A stretch of 64,000 nucleotides of DNA from Minisyncoccia bacterium (GCA_050008535.1 JBEKML010000001.1:2246-66245), one strand, 5' to 3'; numbered from the stretch's first letter, positions 40,502-49,817 are shown. Notes: a model not told the origin generated them from the sequence alone. Translations and numbers: made by a program.

Positions 40502-40873
40502 ATGTCCATGTTTGTTCGCGTAGGCGCGGTTTTGCTTCTCGCCCTATCCCTTTGCGCCGTCGGGCAAGAGGCTCCCAAAAGCGGCGAAACGACGCCGTGC
40601 GCACCGAAGACGCCGGGCTACATAGAGTTTGCCTGCGCAGATATCGTCGTGCCGCCGCCGCAGAAAAACGGGAGTGGAGCGGCCGTGAGTAATGACGAGC
40701 AAAAAGCGCTGTCCAGGATACTGGCCATCAACCAGAGGACCATCCTCATGGCTCAGTACCTGACGGATAAAGAAAAATGGCACGCGAATGTGCCGAGGCT
40801 CGTTCTCGAAACAAAGAAACTGGCCGATAAGCTTTGCGAGCAGTTCAAGTGCGAAGCGAAGGCGGCCAAGTGA
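40502..40873 (+). CDS. Small secreted hypothetical protein (signal peptide plus 4 Cys).
   Basis: MSMFVRVGAVLLLALSLCAVGQEAP... is a signal peptide; an AAGGAGGG SD lies 6 nt upstream; 123 aa. Confidence 0.5.
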   Translation: MSMFVRVGAVLLLALSLCAVGQEAPKSGETTPCAPKTPGYIEFACADIVVPPPQKNGSGAAVSNDEQKALSRILAINQRTILMAQYLTDKEKWHANVPRLVLETKKLADKLCEQFKCEAKAAK

Positions 40874-40890
40874 AAGCACGGAGGCATTCA

Positions 40891-40938
40891 GGGGCGGCGC
40901 TCATCGTCGCCCCGATCCTTTAGTTTGAGTTTTTTTTG
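40891..40938 (+). terminator. Rho-independent terminator with a GC hairpin and a T8 tract.
   Basis: ggggcggcg-ctcat-cgtcgcccc is followed by gatcctttagtttgagttttttttg. Confidence 0.75.
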
Positions 40939-40966
40939 AAACAGGGTACTATTCAAGCACGGTAAA

Positions 40967-41037
40967 CGGGCCGTCGTATAGTGGTAGTATACACGCTTCG
41001 GGTGCGTGCGGTCTGGGTTCGATTCCCAGCGGCCCGA
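40967..41037 (+). tRNA. tRNA-Pro(CGG), free-standing copy, with no encoded CCA.
   Basis: Acceptor CGGGCCG/CGGCCCG is identical to the IVS copy, with discriminator A. Anticodon stem-loop CACGC-TTCGGGT-GCGTG, T-arm CTGGG-TTCGATT-CCCAG. The body sequence is divergent from the IVS copy. Confidence 0.7.
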
Positions 41038-41045
41038 CAAGAGAA

Positions 41046-41111
41046 CATAAAGCAGGTACGGTTTGAAACGAGTACTAAGAAGGGCTCGTTTCAAACCGTA
41101 CCTGCTTTATG
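41046..41111. repeat. Conserved-loop hairpin, copy 5. A 27-bp perfect stem carries the loop TACTAAGAAGGG. It lies 8 nt after the tRNA-Pro 3' end and ahead of a convergent gene.
   Basis: cataaagcaggtacggtttgaaacgag pairs with ctcgtttcaaaccgtacctgctttatg. Confidence 0.85.
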
Positions 41112-41126
41112 TTTGTTCGTTTTGCG

Positions 41127-41534
41127 TCAGCTTATCTTGGAGAGGTCGCCGTTAAGAATTATCGGCTCGACAGCCTGAAGTTCGTCCTTAATGTACGGCT
41201 GGTCAGGCATGGGATTAAGGAAATAAATTTTCTTTCCCTTGTAATGCGCGAATCCGATCTCCAGGAATGAGTTTGCGCCGATATAGTTTTCTATTTCCCC
41301 CTTGGTAAAGTTCGTGACGAGAATAGCATCGGAATTTTCTATTTTCCGCATGTGTTCGCCGATAAGCCCGAGGCTTTGTTTTGCCTGCACGCGGCCTGAA
41401 TTATCTTCCGCCCAATAATTGACACCTGGGACCTTGATCGGCATAAAGACGGTGTGTCCCATGGCTTCAAGCTTTTTCTGGACCTCGATTTCTTGATCGT
41501 AAAACTTTATTGAGCCGCAGATCGTGATGGTCAT
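41127..41534 (-). CDS. Nucleoside 2-deoxyribosyltransferase-like (Rcl/DNPH1-like fold) protein. The start is taken at ATG 41534 (MTITICGS...).
   Basis: MTITICGSIKFYDQ...AILVTNF... has a flavodoxin-like N-deoxyribosyltransferase-superfamily pattern; 135 aa. Confidence 0.4.
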   Translation of the reverse strand: MTITICGSIKFYDQEIEVQKKLEAMGHTVFMPIKVPGVNYWAEDNSGRVQAKQSLGLIGEHMRKIENSDAILVTNFTKGEIENYIGANSFLEIGFAHYKGKKIYFLNPMPDQPYIKDELQAVEPIILNGDLSKIS

Positions 41535-41536
41535 GG

Positions 41537-41968
41537 TTAGATTATGTTCAATTTCTTGAACCAGTATTCCCACACCGGCTCAAGTTTCAATGTTTTGATT
41601 TCGTCCTTTTGGTACCAACCGGCGGATTTCGTTTCCTGCTCGTTTTTTTTCATTTCTCCCGAAACGCTGCACTCAAAAAGGTACCAATAATGGGCGCCCA
41701 CTCCCTTACTGCACCAGTTCCAGCCAAGTTCTTCTTCAAAGAGAAGCTTCGCGCTGTCCGCCTCCAACCCTGTTTCTTCCCTGATTTCCCGCACCACGGC
41801 TTGCTGCTCGTCTTCTCCTTCGTCAACATGGCCCGCAACCCCTGCGAATCCGAGGGGCGGTACGGCGCGGTCGATCAAAAGATATTTTCCGTCCCGCAGG
41901 ATGAGCGCTCCCGCCGAAAAATGCATTGGTTTGCCATCCCTCGTTTCGCCTTTTTTGGGGATTGCCAT
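41537..41968 (-). CDS. NUDIX hydrolase.
   Basis: NUDIX box GHVDEGEDEQQAVVREIREETGL. Confidence 0.8.
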   Translation of the reverse strand: MAIPKKGETRDGKPMHFSAGALILRDGKYLLIDRAVPPLGFAGVAGHVDEGEDEQQAVVREIREETGLEADSAKLLFEEELGWNWCSKGVGAHYWYLFECSVSGEMKKNEQETKSAGWYQKDEIKTLKLEPVWEYWFKKLNII

Positions 41969-42032
41969 CCGAATATTCTATCACGAAAAACGAATGCTCG
42001 AACAATACTACTTGCCATGCATGTCCGCCGCG

Positions 42033-42431
42033 CTATTTTCTCCTCCGCCTTTCCCGATGGAGCTGCTTTGATTTCTGCGTGATGGCGAAAACGGAAAGGA
42101 CCATAATGTAATCCGCAACCACCTCGGGCTCAAGCATGTAGTGTTTGCCGCTTGAGAAAAAAGCGATGCCGGAAAGAAGAAAGACGAGCACCGTCCACGC
42201 GACAATGAAGAGCTCCCCGGGGTGGCGACTGTCGTGGATGTCATACCAACGGTCGAATTCCTTCGTGCTGGCGTAAAGCATAAGCACGCCCGCATAGACG
42301 GCGCTCAAGGGGAGGGTAAGTGCTTCGTACTTGTTAAGCGAGAAAAAATTCACGACCACAAACACCATGAAGACGATAGTCCACATTGCGCAGAGGAACC
42401 GCCATATCCGTTCGTCGCGAAAGGGTCCCAT
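42033..42431 (-). CDS. Hypothetical integral membrane protein (4 TM).
   Basis: 132 aa, hydrophobic, with a basic C-terminus. Confidence 0.4.
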   Translation of the reverse strand: MGPFRDERIWRFLCAMWTIVFMVFVVVNFFSLNKYEALTLPLSAVYAGVLMLYASTKEFDRWYDIHDSRHPGELFIVAWTVLVFLLSGIAFFSSGKHYMLEPEVVADYIMVLSVFAITQKSKQLHRERRRRK

Positions 42432-43888
42432 TACTTCACAAAATACTTCTTTTTTATTCCTTCTTCAAGTTCCGTCTCGAATTCATCTTTCGCGGCGCGG
42501 GCTTTTTCGGCAAGCGCCTTGAGTGCGGCATCGCCCAATTCGTTCAATTCCCTCATCCGCACGATCAATCCGTCCCGCTCATTTTTCTTCGGATCATCAA
42601 GTACCTCTTCCAGGAGTGCGGCGAGGATCCAGCCGACGCGGTGGCCGGGCGCGATCTTCAAGATCTCCATCACGTCGTCGCCGTTCACTTTGAGCATTTT
42701 GGGCGAGATCGGGTCGTTCTTCACTTTTTCGATCATAAACATCAAGTGGCGGTTCTTGTACGGAGTGGCTTTCGGGGCGCCCGAGCCGATGCGATCGGCT
42801 TCACGGACCTTGAATAAATCCGGCACCGTTTCCGGTCCCACGCGCGCAAGGAACCGCCGCACGCCGCGCTCGCTTACCTCTCCCACGCTGTAATAGAACA
42901 TGTGATAACGCACCAAGTGCGCTACTTCTTCTATAAATTCCTTTGAAAATCGCAGACGGTCGAGCGCCTTCGCCGCCATTTTTGCGCCAACGTATTCGTG
43001 CTGATAGAAGGTGGATGCTTTACCTTCGCCTTGTTTTGTGCGGGGCTTGCCGACATCGTGCAGGAACGACGCCATCCGCACCGCAAGCGAATAATCCTGC
43101 TTTGCGGCGTAATCAAGCGCACGCACGCTGTGCTCAAAAACGGTATAGACATGATGCAAGTTTTGGTCGACGCCCAATCCCTCGCGCAACTCCGGCAGAA
43201 CATATCGCAAAAGGCCAAGTTCCTCCAAAAGGAGTATCCCCTTCGCCGCGCGGGGCGCCCCTATGATCTTCGCAAACTCGTCGCGGATCCGCTCCTTCGC
43301 GATCATTTCAAGTTCGCCGGCCAATCGCTCGATCGCGCGCCGCGTGTTCATTTCTATCTCAAAATCCAATTCCACCGCAAAGCGGACGGCACGCATAAGG
43401 CGCAGCGCGTCTTCGGCGAAGCGCTCCGCAGGCGCGCCCACCGTGCGGATGATCTTTTCTTCCAAATCATCCTTCCCGCCGAAAGGATCGAGCACTTCGC
43501 CCTTCAGATTCATCGCAAGCGCGTTCACGGTAAAATCGCGGCGGCTCAAATCTTCTTTGATCGTCTTTGCGAATTTCACTTTGTCCGGATGCCGCTTGTC
43601 CGTATATTTTCCCTCAATCCGATACGTGGTCACCTCAACCACGTGCAATTTCGGATCTTCCGATTCTGTCTTCACGCCCACCGTGCCGAAATCATTTTCG
43701 TACACGCTCTCCGGAAAAAGCTTCTGGATCTCCTCCGGCCGCGCGTTCGTCGCCACGTCCCAATCCTTCGGCTCGCGGGCCAAGAGCATATCCCGGACAC
43801 ATCCGCCCACAAGATATGCCTCAAATCCCGCCTCTGCCAGGATCTTTGAGATTTCAGCGACCTCTTGAGGAACGGAGGTTTTTTTCAT
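42431..43888 (-). CDS. cca: CCA-adding tRNA nucleotidyltransferase (pol-beta NTase head plus C-terminal HD domain).
   Basis: GGCVRDMLL ... DWD (NTase motif) and a downstream HD phosphohydrolase region; 485 aa. It is functionally required because the four free-standing tRNA genes here do not encode CCA. Confidence 0.8.
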   Translation of the reverse strand: MKKTSVPQEVAEISKILAEAGFEAYLVGGCVRDMLLAREPKDWDVATNARPEEIQKLFPESVYENDFGTVGVKTESEDPKLHVVEVTTYRIEGKYTDKRHPDKVKFAKTIKEDLSRRDFTVNALAMNLKGEVLDPFGGKDDLEEKIIRTVGAPAERFAEDALRLMRAVRFAVELDFEIEMNTRRAIERLAGELEMIAKERIRDEFAKIIGAPRAAKGILLLEELGLLRYVLPELREGLGVDQNLHHVYTVFEHSVRALDYAAKQDYSLAVRMASFLHDVGKPRTKQGEGKASTFYQHEYVGAKMAAKALDRLRFSKEFIEEVAHLVRYHMFYYSVGEVSERGVRRFLARVGPETVPDLFKVREADRIGSGAPKATPYKNRHLMFMIEKVKNDPISPKMLKVNGDDVMEILKIAPGHRVGWILAALLEEVLDDPKKNERDGLIVRMRELNELGDAALKALAEKARAAKDEFETELEEGIKKKYFVK

Positions 43889-43899
43889 GTGCCCGGGGC

Positions 43900-45090
43900 T
43901 TAGCGCACTGTCGCACCGAATTCCTCCTTTACCTTTTCTTCAAGCGCATGATGCATACTATCTACCTCTTCATTGGTAAGCGTCCGATCAAGATGGCGAT
44001 AGACGATGCGGAAAGTGTAGCTTGTTTTGCCAGCGCCAAATTTCGCTTCGTCGGCGTATTCGTCAAGCTGTTTCATTTCTTCTATATATTCATCGCCAAT
44101 TACCTCGCGGGTAATTTCATAAAACCGATTCACATTGAACACGTTCTTATCAACGATGAATGAAATGTCGCGCGTAACCGGAGGATATTTGCTCACAGAT
44201 TGATAAAGGCGATCAAGATCGGCAAGTTGTTTTATAACGCGCGGATCCGTTGAGCGGAACAATCGTATGTCCGGCAACTTCAATTTGATCATCGCGAGGC
44301 GGTCAACGCCAAAACCAAACGCCCAGCCATTATAGACCGCGGGGTCAAAGCCGAGATTGCGAATAACATTAGGATGCACGATGCCGGCGCCCAAAATTTC
44401 CACCCACTGATCACCCCACGCAATGTTCATTTCCAGGCTCGGATCGGTGTAGGGGAAGTGATCCACAACAAACTTATATTTTACATCTTCCCCATACAGT
44501 GAACGCGCGACTTCAAGAAGGATCGCCTCAAGGTCCGGCTGATCAAGCGTTTTCAGATCTTTGCGGATGATGAAAAGGCCATCAATTTGGTGGGGAATAT
44601 TCGTGTGCTGCCAGTCGATCTCGTCGCGGCGATAGGTCTTGCCATAACTTAAGGCACCCACAGAACCATGCTTTTCCAATTTTTCCTTCACTTCGGGAAT
44701 TTCAAGATAATATTTCCACATCAAGCTTGTATGGGGGCGGAGAATGTGTTCCTTATCGACAAAATACGTGTCGCTCCGCGAGCGCGCCGGGTGATCTTTG
44801 GGAAAATTAAAGAGATCAAAAACAACGACTGGCGAGATAACTTCGGGGGTTTCAATAAGATCGAAATTCTTTAAGCTCGGGAGCTCAATAAGCCGCTCAA
44901 CGACCGTTTTAATGGGACTGCCCGCCGTGCGCGTAAGGTCCGGTAGAGCAAGATAGCGCCGCAGGCGATCAGCCTCGACGTCGCCGCGCGTACCGAGTTT
45001 TTTCAAAATTTCATTTTGCTCATCAGGCGGAACCCGATATTCTTTCCGCTTCAAGTGCGACGCCGCATACATTGGTTCCATGCTGCTCAT
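43900..45090 (-). CDS. pheS: Monomeric phenylalanyl-tRNA synthetase: a PheS-type class II catalytic core fused to a C-terminal FDX-ACB anticodon-binding domain, the mitochondrial FARS2-like architecture.
   Basis: Catalytic motifs FPKDHPARSRSDTYFV and GFGVDRLAM. The C-terminal RDISFIVDKNV...FRIVYRHLDRTLTNEEV...FGATVR matches the FDX-ACB domain normally at the PheT C-terminus. No pheT lies adjacent. Confidence 0.7.
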   Translation of the reverse strand: MSSMEPMYAASHLKRKEYRVPPDEQNEILKKLGTRGDVEADRLRRYLALPDLTRTAGSPIKTVVERLIELPSLKNFDLIETPEVISPVVVFDLFNFPKDHPARSRSDTYFVDKEHILRPHTSLMWKYYLEIPEVKEKLEKHGSVGALSYGKTYRRDEIDWQHTNIPHQIDGLFIIRKDLKTLDQPDLEAILLEVARSLYGEDVKYKFVVDHFPYTDPSLEMNIAWGDQWVEILGAGIVHPNVIRNLGFDPAVYNGWAFGFGVDRLAMIKLKLPDIRLFRSTDPRVIKQLADLDRLYQSVSKYPPVTRDISFIVDKNVFNVNRFYEITREVIGDEYIEEMKQLDEYADEAKFGAGKTSYTFRIVYRHLDRTLTNEEVDSMHHALEEKVKEEFGATVR

Positions 45091-45138
45091 AATAGCAAAA
45101 ATGCGGAGAAGGGCAAGGGAAATGCACTCGAGAAATCG

Positions 45139-45211
45139 TGCCGGCGGCAGGATTCGAACCTGCGACCTTGGCCTTATGAAAGCCCTGCTCTAACCACTGA
45201 GCTACGCCGGC
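45139..45211 (-). tRNA. tRNA-Met(CAU), elongator-type (Ile-lysidine not excluded); no encoded CCA.
   Basis: GCCGGCG-TA-GCTC-AGTGGTTA-GAGC-A-GGGCT-TTCATAA-GGCCA-AGGTC-GCAGG-TTCGAAT-CCTGC-CGCCGGC-A; G1-C72 is paired. Confidence 0.75.
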
Positions 45212-45277
45212 GCACCACCACTATATTATTTTCCGGCCGCCCCGTAAAGTCACGCATAAAAAATAAAAGTGAAAGAC

Positions 45278-45343
45278 GGTGGTAGCAATGGCTTTTGAAA
45301 CGAGCCCTTCCTAGTACTCGTTTCAAAAGCCATTGCTACCACC
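45278..45343. repeat. Conserved-loop hairpin, copy 6. A 27-bp perfect stem carries the loop variant CCCTTCCTAGTA (one T to C change). It lies 66 nt upstream of tRNA-Met.
   Basis: ggtggtagcaatggcttttgaaacgag pairs with ctcgtttcaaaagccattgctaccacc. Confidence 0.85.
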
Positions 45344-45488
45344 ACTCACTTCGCGTGTTGCGGGGGCCGGAATCGGACCGGCTTCGGGAGCTTATGGGGC
45401 TCCCCGGAAAACCATTCCCAACCCTCCCGCGCAATCCGCGGCCGAGCCGCAGAGAATGCATACCAATGATAAATAACTTTTTAATGAA

Positions 45489-45517
45489 TTGTCAAAGCGC
45501 GCAATTAATGAGATTAT
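45489..45517 (+). promoter_or_regulatory. Sigma-70-like promoter for murD: TTGTCA, 17-nt spacer, GATTAT, with the ATG 7 nt downstream.
   Basis: ttgtcaaagcgcgcaattaatgaGATTATgaaatcATG. Confidence 0.55.
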
Positions 45518-45523
45518 GAAATC

Positions 45524-46852
45524 ATGAAGCGCGGACACGCGAAAAAGATAGCGATTTTAGGCTTCGGCCGCGAAGGGCGGTCCACGCTAAAATTCCTAAA
45601 GCGGGCACCGGAATTTCGCGGCGCGGAACTATGGATCCTGGATAAAAACGCTGATACAAAAATACCGCGCGGCCTCCGTGCACGGCTCGGGAAAAATTAT
45701 CTCGCGGATCTTCACGATTTTGATCTTGTCTTCCGGGCACCGGGCATCCCCTACACCCTGCCGCCCCTTATCCGTGCCCGGCGGCGCGGCGTAAGGTTTA
45801 CGAGCCTCATGGAGCTTTTTTTCACGCACTGTCCGGCAAAAATAATCGGCGTTACCGGCACCAAGGGAAAAGGCACGACGGCGACGCTCCTTTGTAAAAT
45901 ATTGAAGGCCGCCGGGCGCGACGCCTATTTCGCCGGCAATGTCGGGACTCCAGCACTCGAGATCATCCAAAAATTAAAAAAGGGCTCGCTCGTAGTGCTT
46001 GAACTTTCAAGCTTCCAATTGCAGGGCACCAAAACTTCCCCGCCCGTCGCCCTTGTACTCGATGTTTTCCCCGACCACCAGGACGCGCATAAAAATCTAA
46101 AAGAATATTATGAAGCAAAAGCGAACATTGCCCGGTTCCAAAAGCCGCACGATGCCGTTTTCTTTTTCAAAAACAGCCGCATGAGCGAATGGGTCGCCCG
46201 GCACGGCCGCGGAAAAAAGATCGCCGTGGACGAACGCGCCTTCGGACATTTCGGGCCGGAAAACCTCAAAATGCCAGGCTTCCATAATTTCAGAAATGCC
46301 ATTATGGCGGCGACGGTCGCGCGGGCACTCGGCGTTCCCGACCGCATCATCGTAAAAACCATAAAGGCGTTTTCGGGGAACAAACACCGGCTGGAATTCG
46401 TGCGGAAGATCGGTAACGTGTTTTTCTATAACGATTCCGCCTCCACAAATCCACAGACCTCCGCCGCGGCCGCGAAGGCGTTTCCCGGCAATCCAAAAGT
46501 GCTCATTGCGGGCGGCAAGGATAAAAAACTTGATTACGCGCCACTCGCGAAAGCGCTTCGCGAATCGCGCATCACGCGCATTATTCTCCTCGGAGAAAAC
46601 AAAAAGAAAATAGAACGCACTCTAAGGCCCGCTCTCAAAAATTCCGTTTCGCGCGCTCCGATACAACTGGTTTCTAACCTGCAAGCGGCCGTCCGCGCTG
46701 CTTATCGCGCCGCGCGATCGGTGCGGCGCGCGGTGAAACCGCCGGTTGTTCTTTTTTCCCCAGGTGCCGCAAGCTTCGATCAATTCGAGAACTATGCCGA
46801 TCGCGGAGAACAGTTCAAGAGGCTCGTGCGGAAACTGAAAGAAAAAAATTGA
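45524..46852 (+). CDS. murD: UDP-N-acetylmuramoylalanine--D-glutamate ligase.
   Basis: IGVTGTKGKGTTATLL (Mur ligase P-loop) and overall Mur ligase domain order; 442 aa. Confidence 0.85.
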   Translation: MKRGHAKKIAILGFGREGRSTLKFLKRAPEFRGAELWILDKNADTKIPRGLRARLGKNYLADLHDFDLVFRAPGIPYTLPPLIRARRRGVRFTSLMELFFTHCPAKIIGVTGTKGKGTTATLLCKILKAAGRDAYFAGNVGTPALEIIQKLKKGSLVVLELSSFQLQGTKTSPPVALVLDVFPDHQDAHKNLKEYYEAKANIARFQKPHDAVFFFKNSRMSEWVARHGRGKKIAVDERAFGHFGPENLKMPGFHNFRNAIMAATVARALGVPDRIIVKTIKAFSGNKHRLEFVRKIGNVFFYNDSASTNPQTSAAAAKAFPGNPKVLIAGGKDKKLDYAPLAKALRESRITRIILLGENKKKIERTLRPALKNSVSRAPIQLVSNLQAAVRAAYRAARSVRRAVKPPVVLFSPGAASFDQFENYADRGEQFKRLVRKLKEKN

Positions 46853-46883
46853 AATAATCCGCCGGACGCGCTAGAATCCACTC

Positions 46884-47177
46884 ATGGCCGCACAATTGGG
46901 CAAGCATGAGCTGGAACACCTGGCGAAACTCGCGCGCATTGAACTTGATCCCAAAGAGGAAGAGAAACTCCTGAAAGACCTGGGGAGTATTTTGGATTAC
47001 TTTAAAGAATTGCAGAAACTTGATACGGCAAACGTGGAACCGATGACGGGCGGCACGGATCTGCGGAACGTGTTCCGCGAGGACGGCGAGCGCGAGAATA
47101 CCAATCGCGGCGCGGGCACGGAAGCATTCCCCGAAAAAAAAGACGGTTACCTTAAGGTGCCGCCGGTGTTCGAATAG
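46884..47177 (+). CDS. gatC: Asp/Glu-tRNA amidotransferase subunit C.
   Basis: 97 aa with LAKLARIELDPKEEEKL, a GatC signature; it immediately precedes gatA. Confidence 0.8.
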   Translation: MAAQLGKHELEHLAKLARIELDPKEEEKLLKDLGSILDYFKELQKLDTANVEPMTGGTDLRNVFREDGERENTNRGAGTEAFPEKKDGYLKVPPVFE

Positions 47178-47184
47178 CTGGTTT

Positions 47185-48660
47185 TTGAATACTATGGAAC
47201 CGCTCCAAAGTCTCACCATAAAAAAATTCCACGAAGGCCTGCTCGCGAAAAAATTCTCGGCGCTCGAAATTACGCAGGCATTCTTCACGCACATCAAGGA
47301 ACACGATAAGCAGGTCGGCGCCTACCTGAGCATAGCCGAGGAATCGGCGGCGCGCGAAGCGGAAGCAGTGGACCTTGCTGTCGCAAAAGACGAAGATATT
47401 TCCGAACTTGCGGGCGTACCGCTTGCGATCAAAGATTGCATCCTCGTAAAAGATCAACCTGCGACGGCCGCCTCAAAAATCCTCGAACAATACGTTGCGA
47501 GCTACGATGCGACTGTCATACAAAAACTGAAGGCGGAAAAGGCGGTGTTCCTGGGGAAAACAAACTGTGACGAATTCGCGATGGGCAGCTCCACAGAGAA
47601 CTCTGCCTTCCAGCTTACGCACAACCCACACGATCTTATGCGCGTGCCGGGCGGCTCGTCTGGCGGCTCGGCTGCGGCGGTCACGGCGCATCTTGCGATG
47701 GCGGCGCTGGGGTCCGACACTGGCGGCTCCATTCGCCAACCGGCGTCGTTTTGCGGCATCGCTGGCCTCAAGCCGACGTACGGCGCAGTTTCACGTTCCG
47801 GGCTTATCCCAATGAGTTCAAGTTTGGATCAGATCGGCCCGCTCGCGAAGACCGCGGAAGATGCAGCGATTGTCTTCAAGGCGATTGCGGGCCGCGATCC
47901 GCTTGATGCCACAAGCGCGGACCACGACTACGGCGACCTTACCAATCCGAAACTGGAAAAAATAAAAACGCTCCGCGTCGGGCTTCCCGAAGAATATTTC
48001 ATAGGCGGCGTTGACCCGGAAGTGATCGCGGGCATCGAGAGCGCCGTCAAAAAAATAGAGAGTTTGGGTTTGAAGGTGAAAAAAATCTCCCTGCCGCACA
48101 CGAAACACGCGCTCGCCGCCTATTACATCATTATGCCGGCAGAAGTAAGCTCGAACCTCGCGCGTTTTGACGGCATCCGCTATGCGCAGACCCCCGCGGC
48201 AGCGCAAGGCAAAACGCTCCTTGATCTCTATTTAAAACAGAAGGGGGCTGGCTTCGGCGCGGAAGCAAAGCGGAGGATCATCCTCGGAACCTTCGTGCTT
48301 TCCTCCGGCTATTACGACGCCTATTACGAAAAAGCACAGCGCGTCCGCACGCTCATCAAAAACGACTTTGATGAAGCGTTCAAGGAAGTAGATGTGATCC
48401 TTGCACCCGTCGCGCCGACGACCGCATTCAAGATCGGCGAAAAAGTTGACGACCCGCTTTCAATGTACCTTTCGGATATTTTCACGATCACCGCAAACCT
48501 CGCCGGACTTCCCGGACTTTCCATGCCGGTCAAGCCCTATCCCTATCCCAATCCCGCCACCGGTTCAAAAAAAGAAATGCCGATCGGATTCCAATTGATC
48601 GGTAAAAAATGGCACGAGGCCGATATTCTCGGCCTCGGGCAATTCTACGAAAGGATATAA
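47185..48660 (+). CDS. gatA: Asp/Glu-tRNA amidotransferase subunit A (amidase signature family).
   Basis: Amidase signature GGSSGGSAAAV...GSDTGGSIRQPA; 491 aa. Confidence 0.9.
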   Translation: MNTMEPLQSLTIKKFHEGLLAKKFSALEITQAFFTHIKEHDKQVGAYLSIAEESAAREAEAVDLAVAKDEDISELAGVPLAIKDCILVKDQPATAASKILEQYVASYDATVIQKLKAEKAVFLGKTNCDEFAMGSSTENSAFQLTHNPHDLMRVPGGSSGGSAAAVTAHLAMAALGSDTGGSIRQPASFCGIAGLKPTYGAVSRSGLIPMSSSLDQIGPLAKTAEDAAIVFKAIAGRDPLDATSADHDYGDLTNPKLEKIKTLRVGLPEEYFIGGVDPEVIAGIESAVKKIESLGLKVKKISLPHTKHALAAYYIIMPAEVSSNLARFDGIRYAQTPAAAQGKTLLDLYLKQKGAGFGAEAKRRIILGTFVLSSGYYDAYYEKAQRVRTLIKNDFDEAFKEVDVILAPVAPTTAFKIGEKVDDPLSMYLSDIFTITANLAGLPGLSMPVKPYPYPNPATGSKKEMPIGFQLIGKKWHEADILGLGQFYERI

Positions 48661-48669
48661 CCGGCGGTG

Positions 48670-49683
48670 CTACTGCAGCACGGTGCCATTCACCGCGGTC
48701 ACGGTAATATACGGCGAACCGGCCACATGCGTTCCGGTCAGCTGGACCGTGCTTGTGCTCCCCACGAATGGCGTCAAGGCCGCTGCCACTTTTGCGTCCT
48801 TTGCGTTAGAAACATAGACCACAACGCCGTGCGCCGTCGTAAGCGCATATGATGATTTTCCGCCAGCGAGCGTCCCGCTTATGGAAACCGTGCTCGAAAC
48901 CGAGGCGCCTGCCGCAACGCCTACGGGACCAGCAACAAACGAGAGGTTGTTCCATAAATCCACATTTTGGGAGGTAAGGGAAACAACTTGCGCCGCAAGT
49001 ATCGTGTTCGAGGCGTTGAGCGCCTGAAATTGATTATTCAGGGAGGAAAGGCGCGAGGTGACATCAACGCTCTCGTTGCTCAATGCGGTAATCTTTGCGG
49101 TAAGGCCGCTATTTTGGAAATAAAGAAAGCCGGCAAAGCCCGCAAGCGCAAGAATGACCACTATCCCCACAATCATTATTATGTGGCCTCCTCTCGGGGT
49201 CCCCGTCTTTGTGCCCACGCCCATTATAGGATCCGTCATTGGATCTATCTTCGGCCCCATGTTTTTCGGAGACATGCTCGCGAAAGTGGTTTTTGTCGCG
49301 GGACCCGCAGCCGTACTCGCAGAGATAAGATCGCTCACGCGGATAGATTGTGCCCCGGAACTTTTCTGCATCCCGCCCATGCTCACGGCCATCGGCTTCG
49401 GTGAACCGTTCATTGTTATCTTAGGTGCACCTCCCACCGAAACCGTGCCTGTGGACATGCTGCCCGAGGAGGTACTTGTGAACGCCGAGTTTGCCGGCAT
49501 AGCGCCCGCTGGCGCCGCGGCTGCGGGTGCCGCCGGCTTATTCGCCTCTCCCACTTTTTTCAGGGTATCCTCAACGTCCGCGGCTGCCCAGCCCACGCCC
49601 ACAAGCGCCGCCTTGATCGCATCGCGCGAAACCCCCACCTTCATCTGCGACGAAATATATTCAACCAGCTGATCCTGTACCAT
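48670..49683 (-). CDS. Hypothetical bitopic protein with a cytoplasmic N-domain, an Ala/Pro/Ser-rich linker, one TM and an extracellular Ser/Thr/Val-rich beta domain.
   Basis: 337 aa; TM segment IIMIVGIVVILALAGFAGFLYF; no family recognised. Confidence 0.4.
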   Translation of the reverse strand: MVQDQLVEYISSQMKVGVSRDAIKAALVGVGWAAADVEDTLKKVGEANKPAAPAAAAPAGAMPANSAFTSTSSGSMSTGTVSVGGAPKITMNGSPKPMAVSMGGMQKSSGAQSIRVSDLISASTAAGPATKTTFASMSPKNMGPKIDPMTDPIMGVGTKTGTPRGGHIIMIVGIVVILALAGFAGFLYFQNSGLTAKITALSNESVDVTSRLSSLNNQFQALNASNTILAAQVVSLTSQNVDLWNNLSFVAGPVGVAAGASVSSTVSISGTLAGGKSSYALTTAHGVVVYVSNAKDAKVAAALTPFVGSTSTVQLTGTHVAGSPYITVTAVNGTVLQ

Positions 49684-49817
49684 GCTTTAATTATACACCA
49701 CCGCATACCACTGCAAAAACCAGGTAATGCACAGGGGACACGCCGCTTGTTCTTTCCATTATTCAGGGCTACTCTCTAGGCAGAAACACTCACAACTAAA
49801 ATCGAAAGGAGGCGGAC

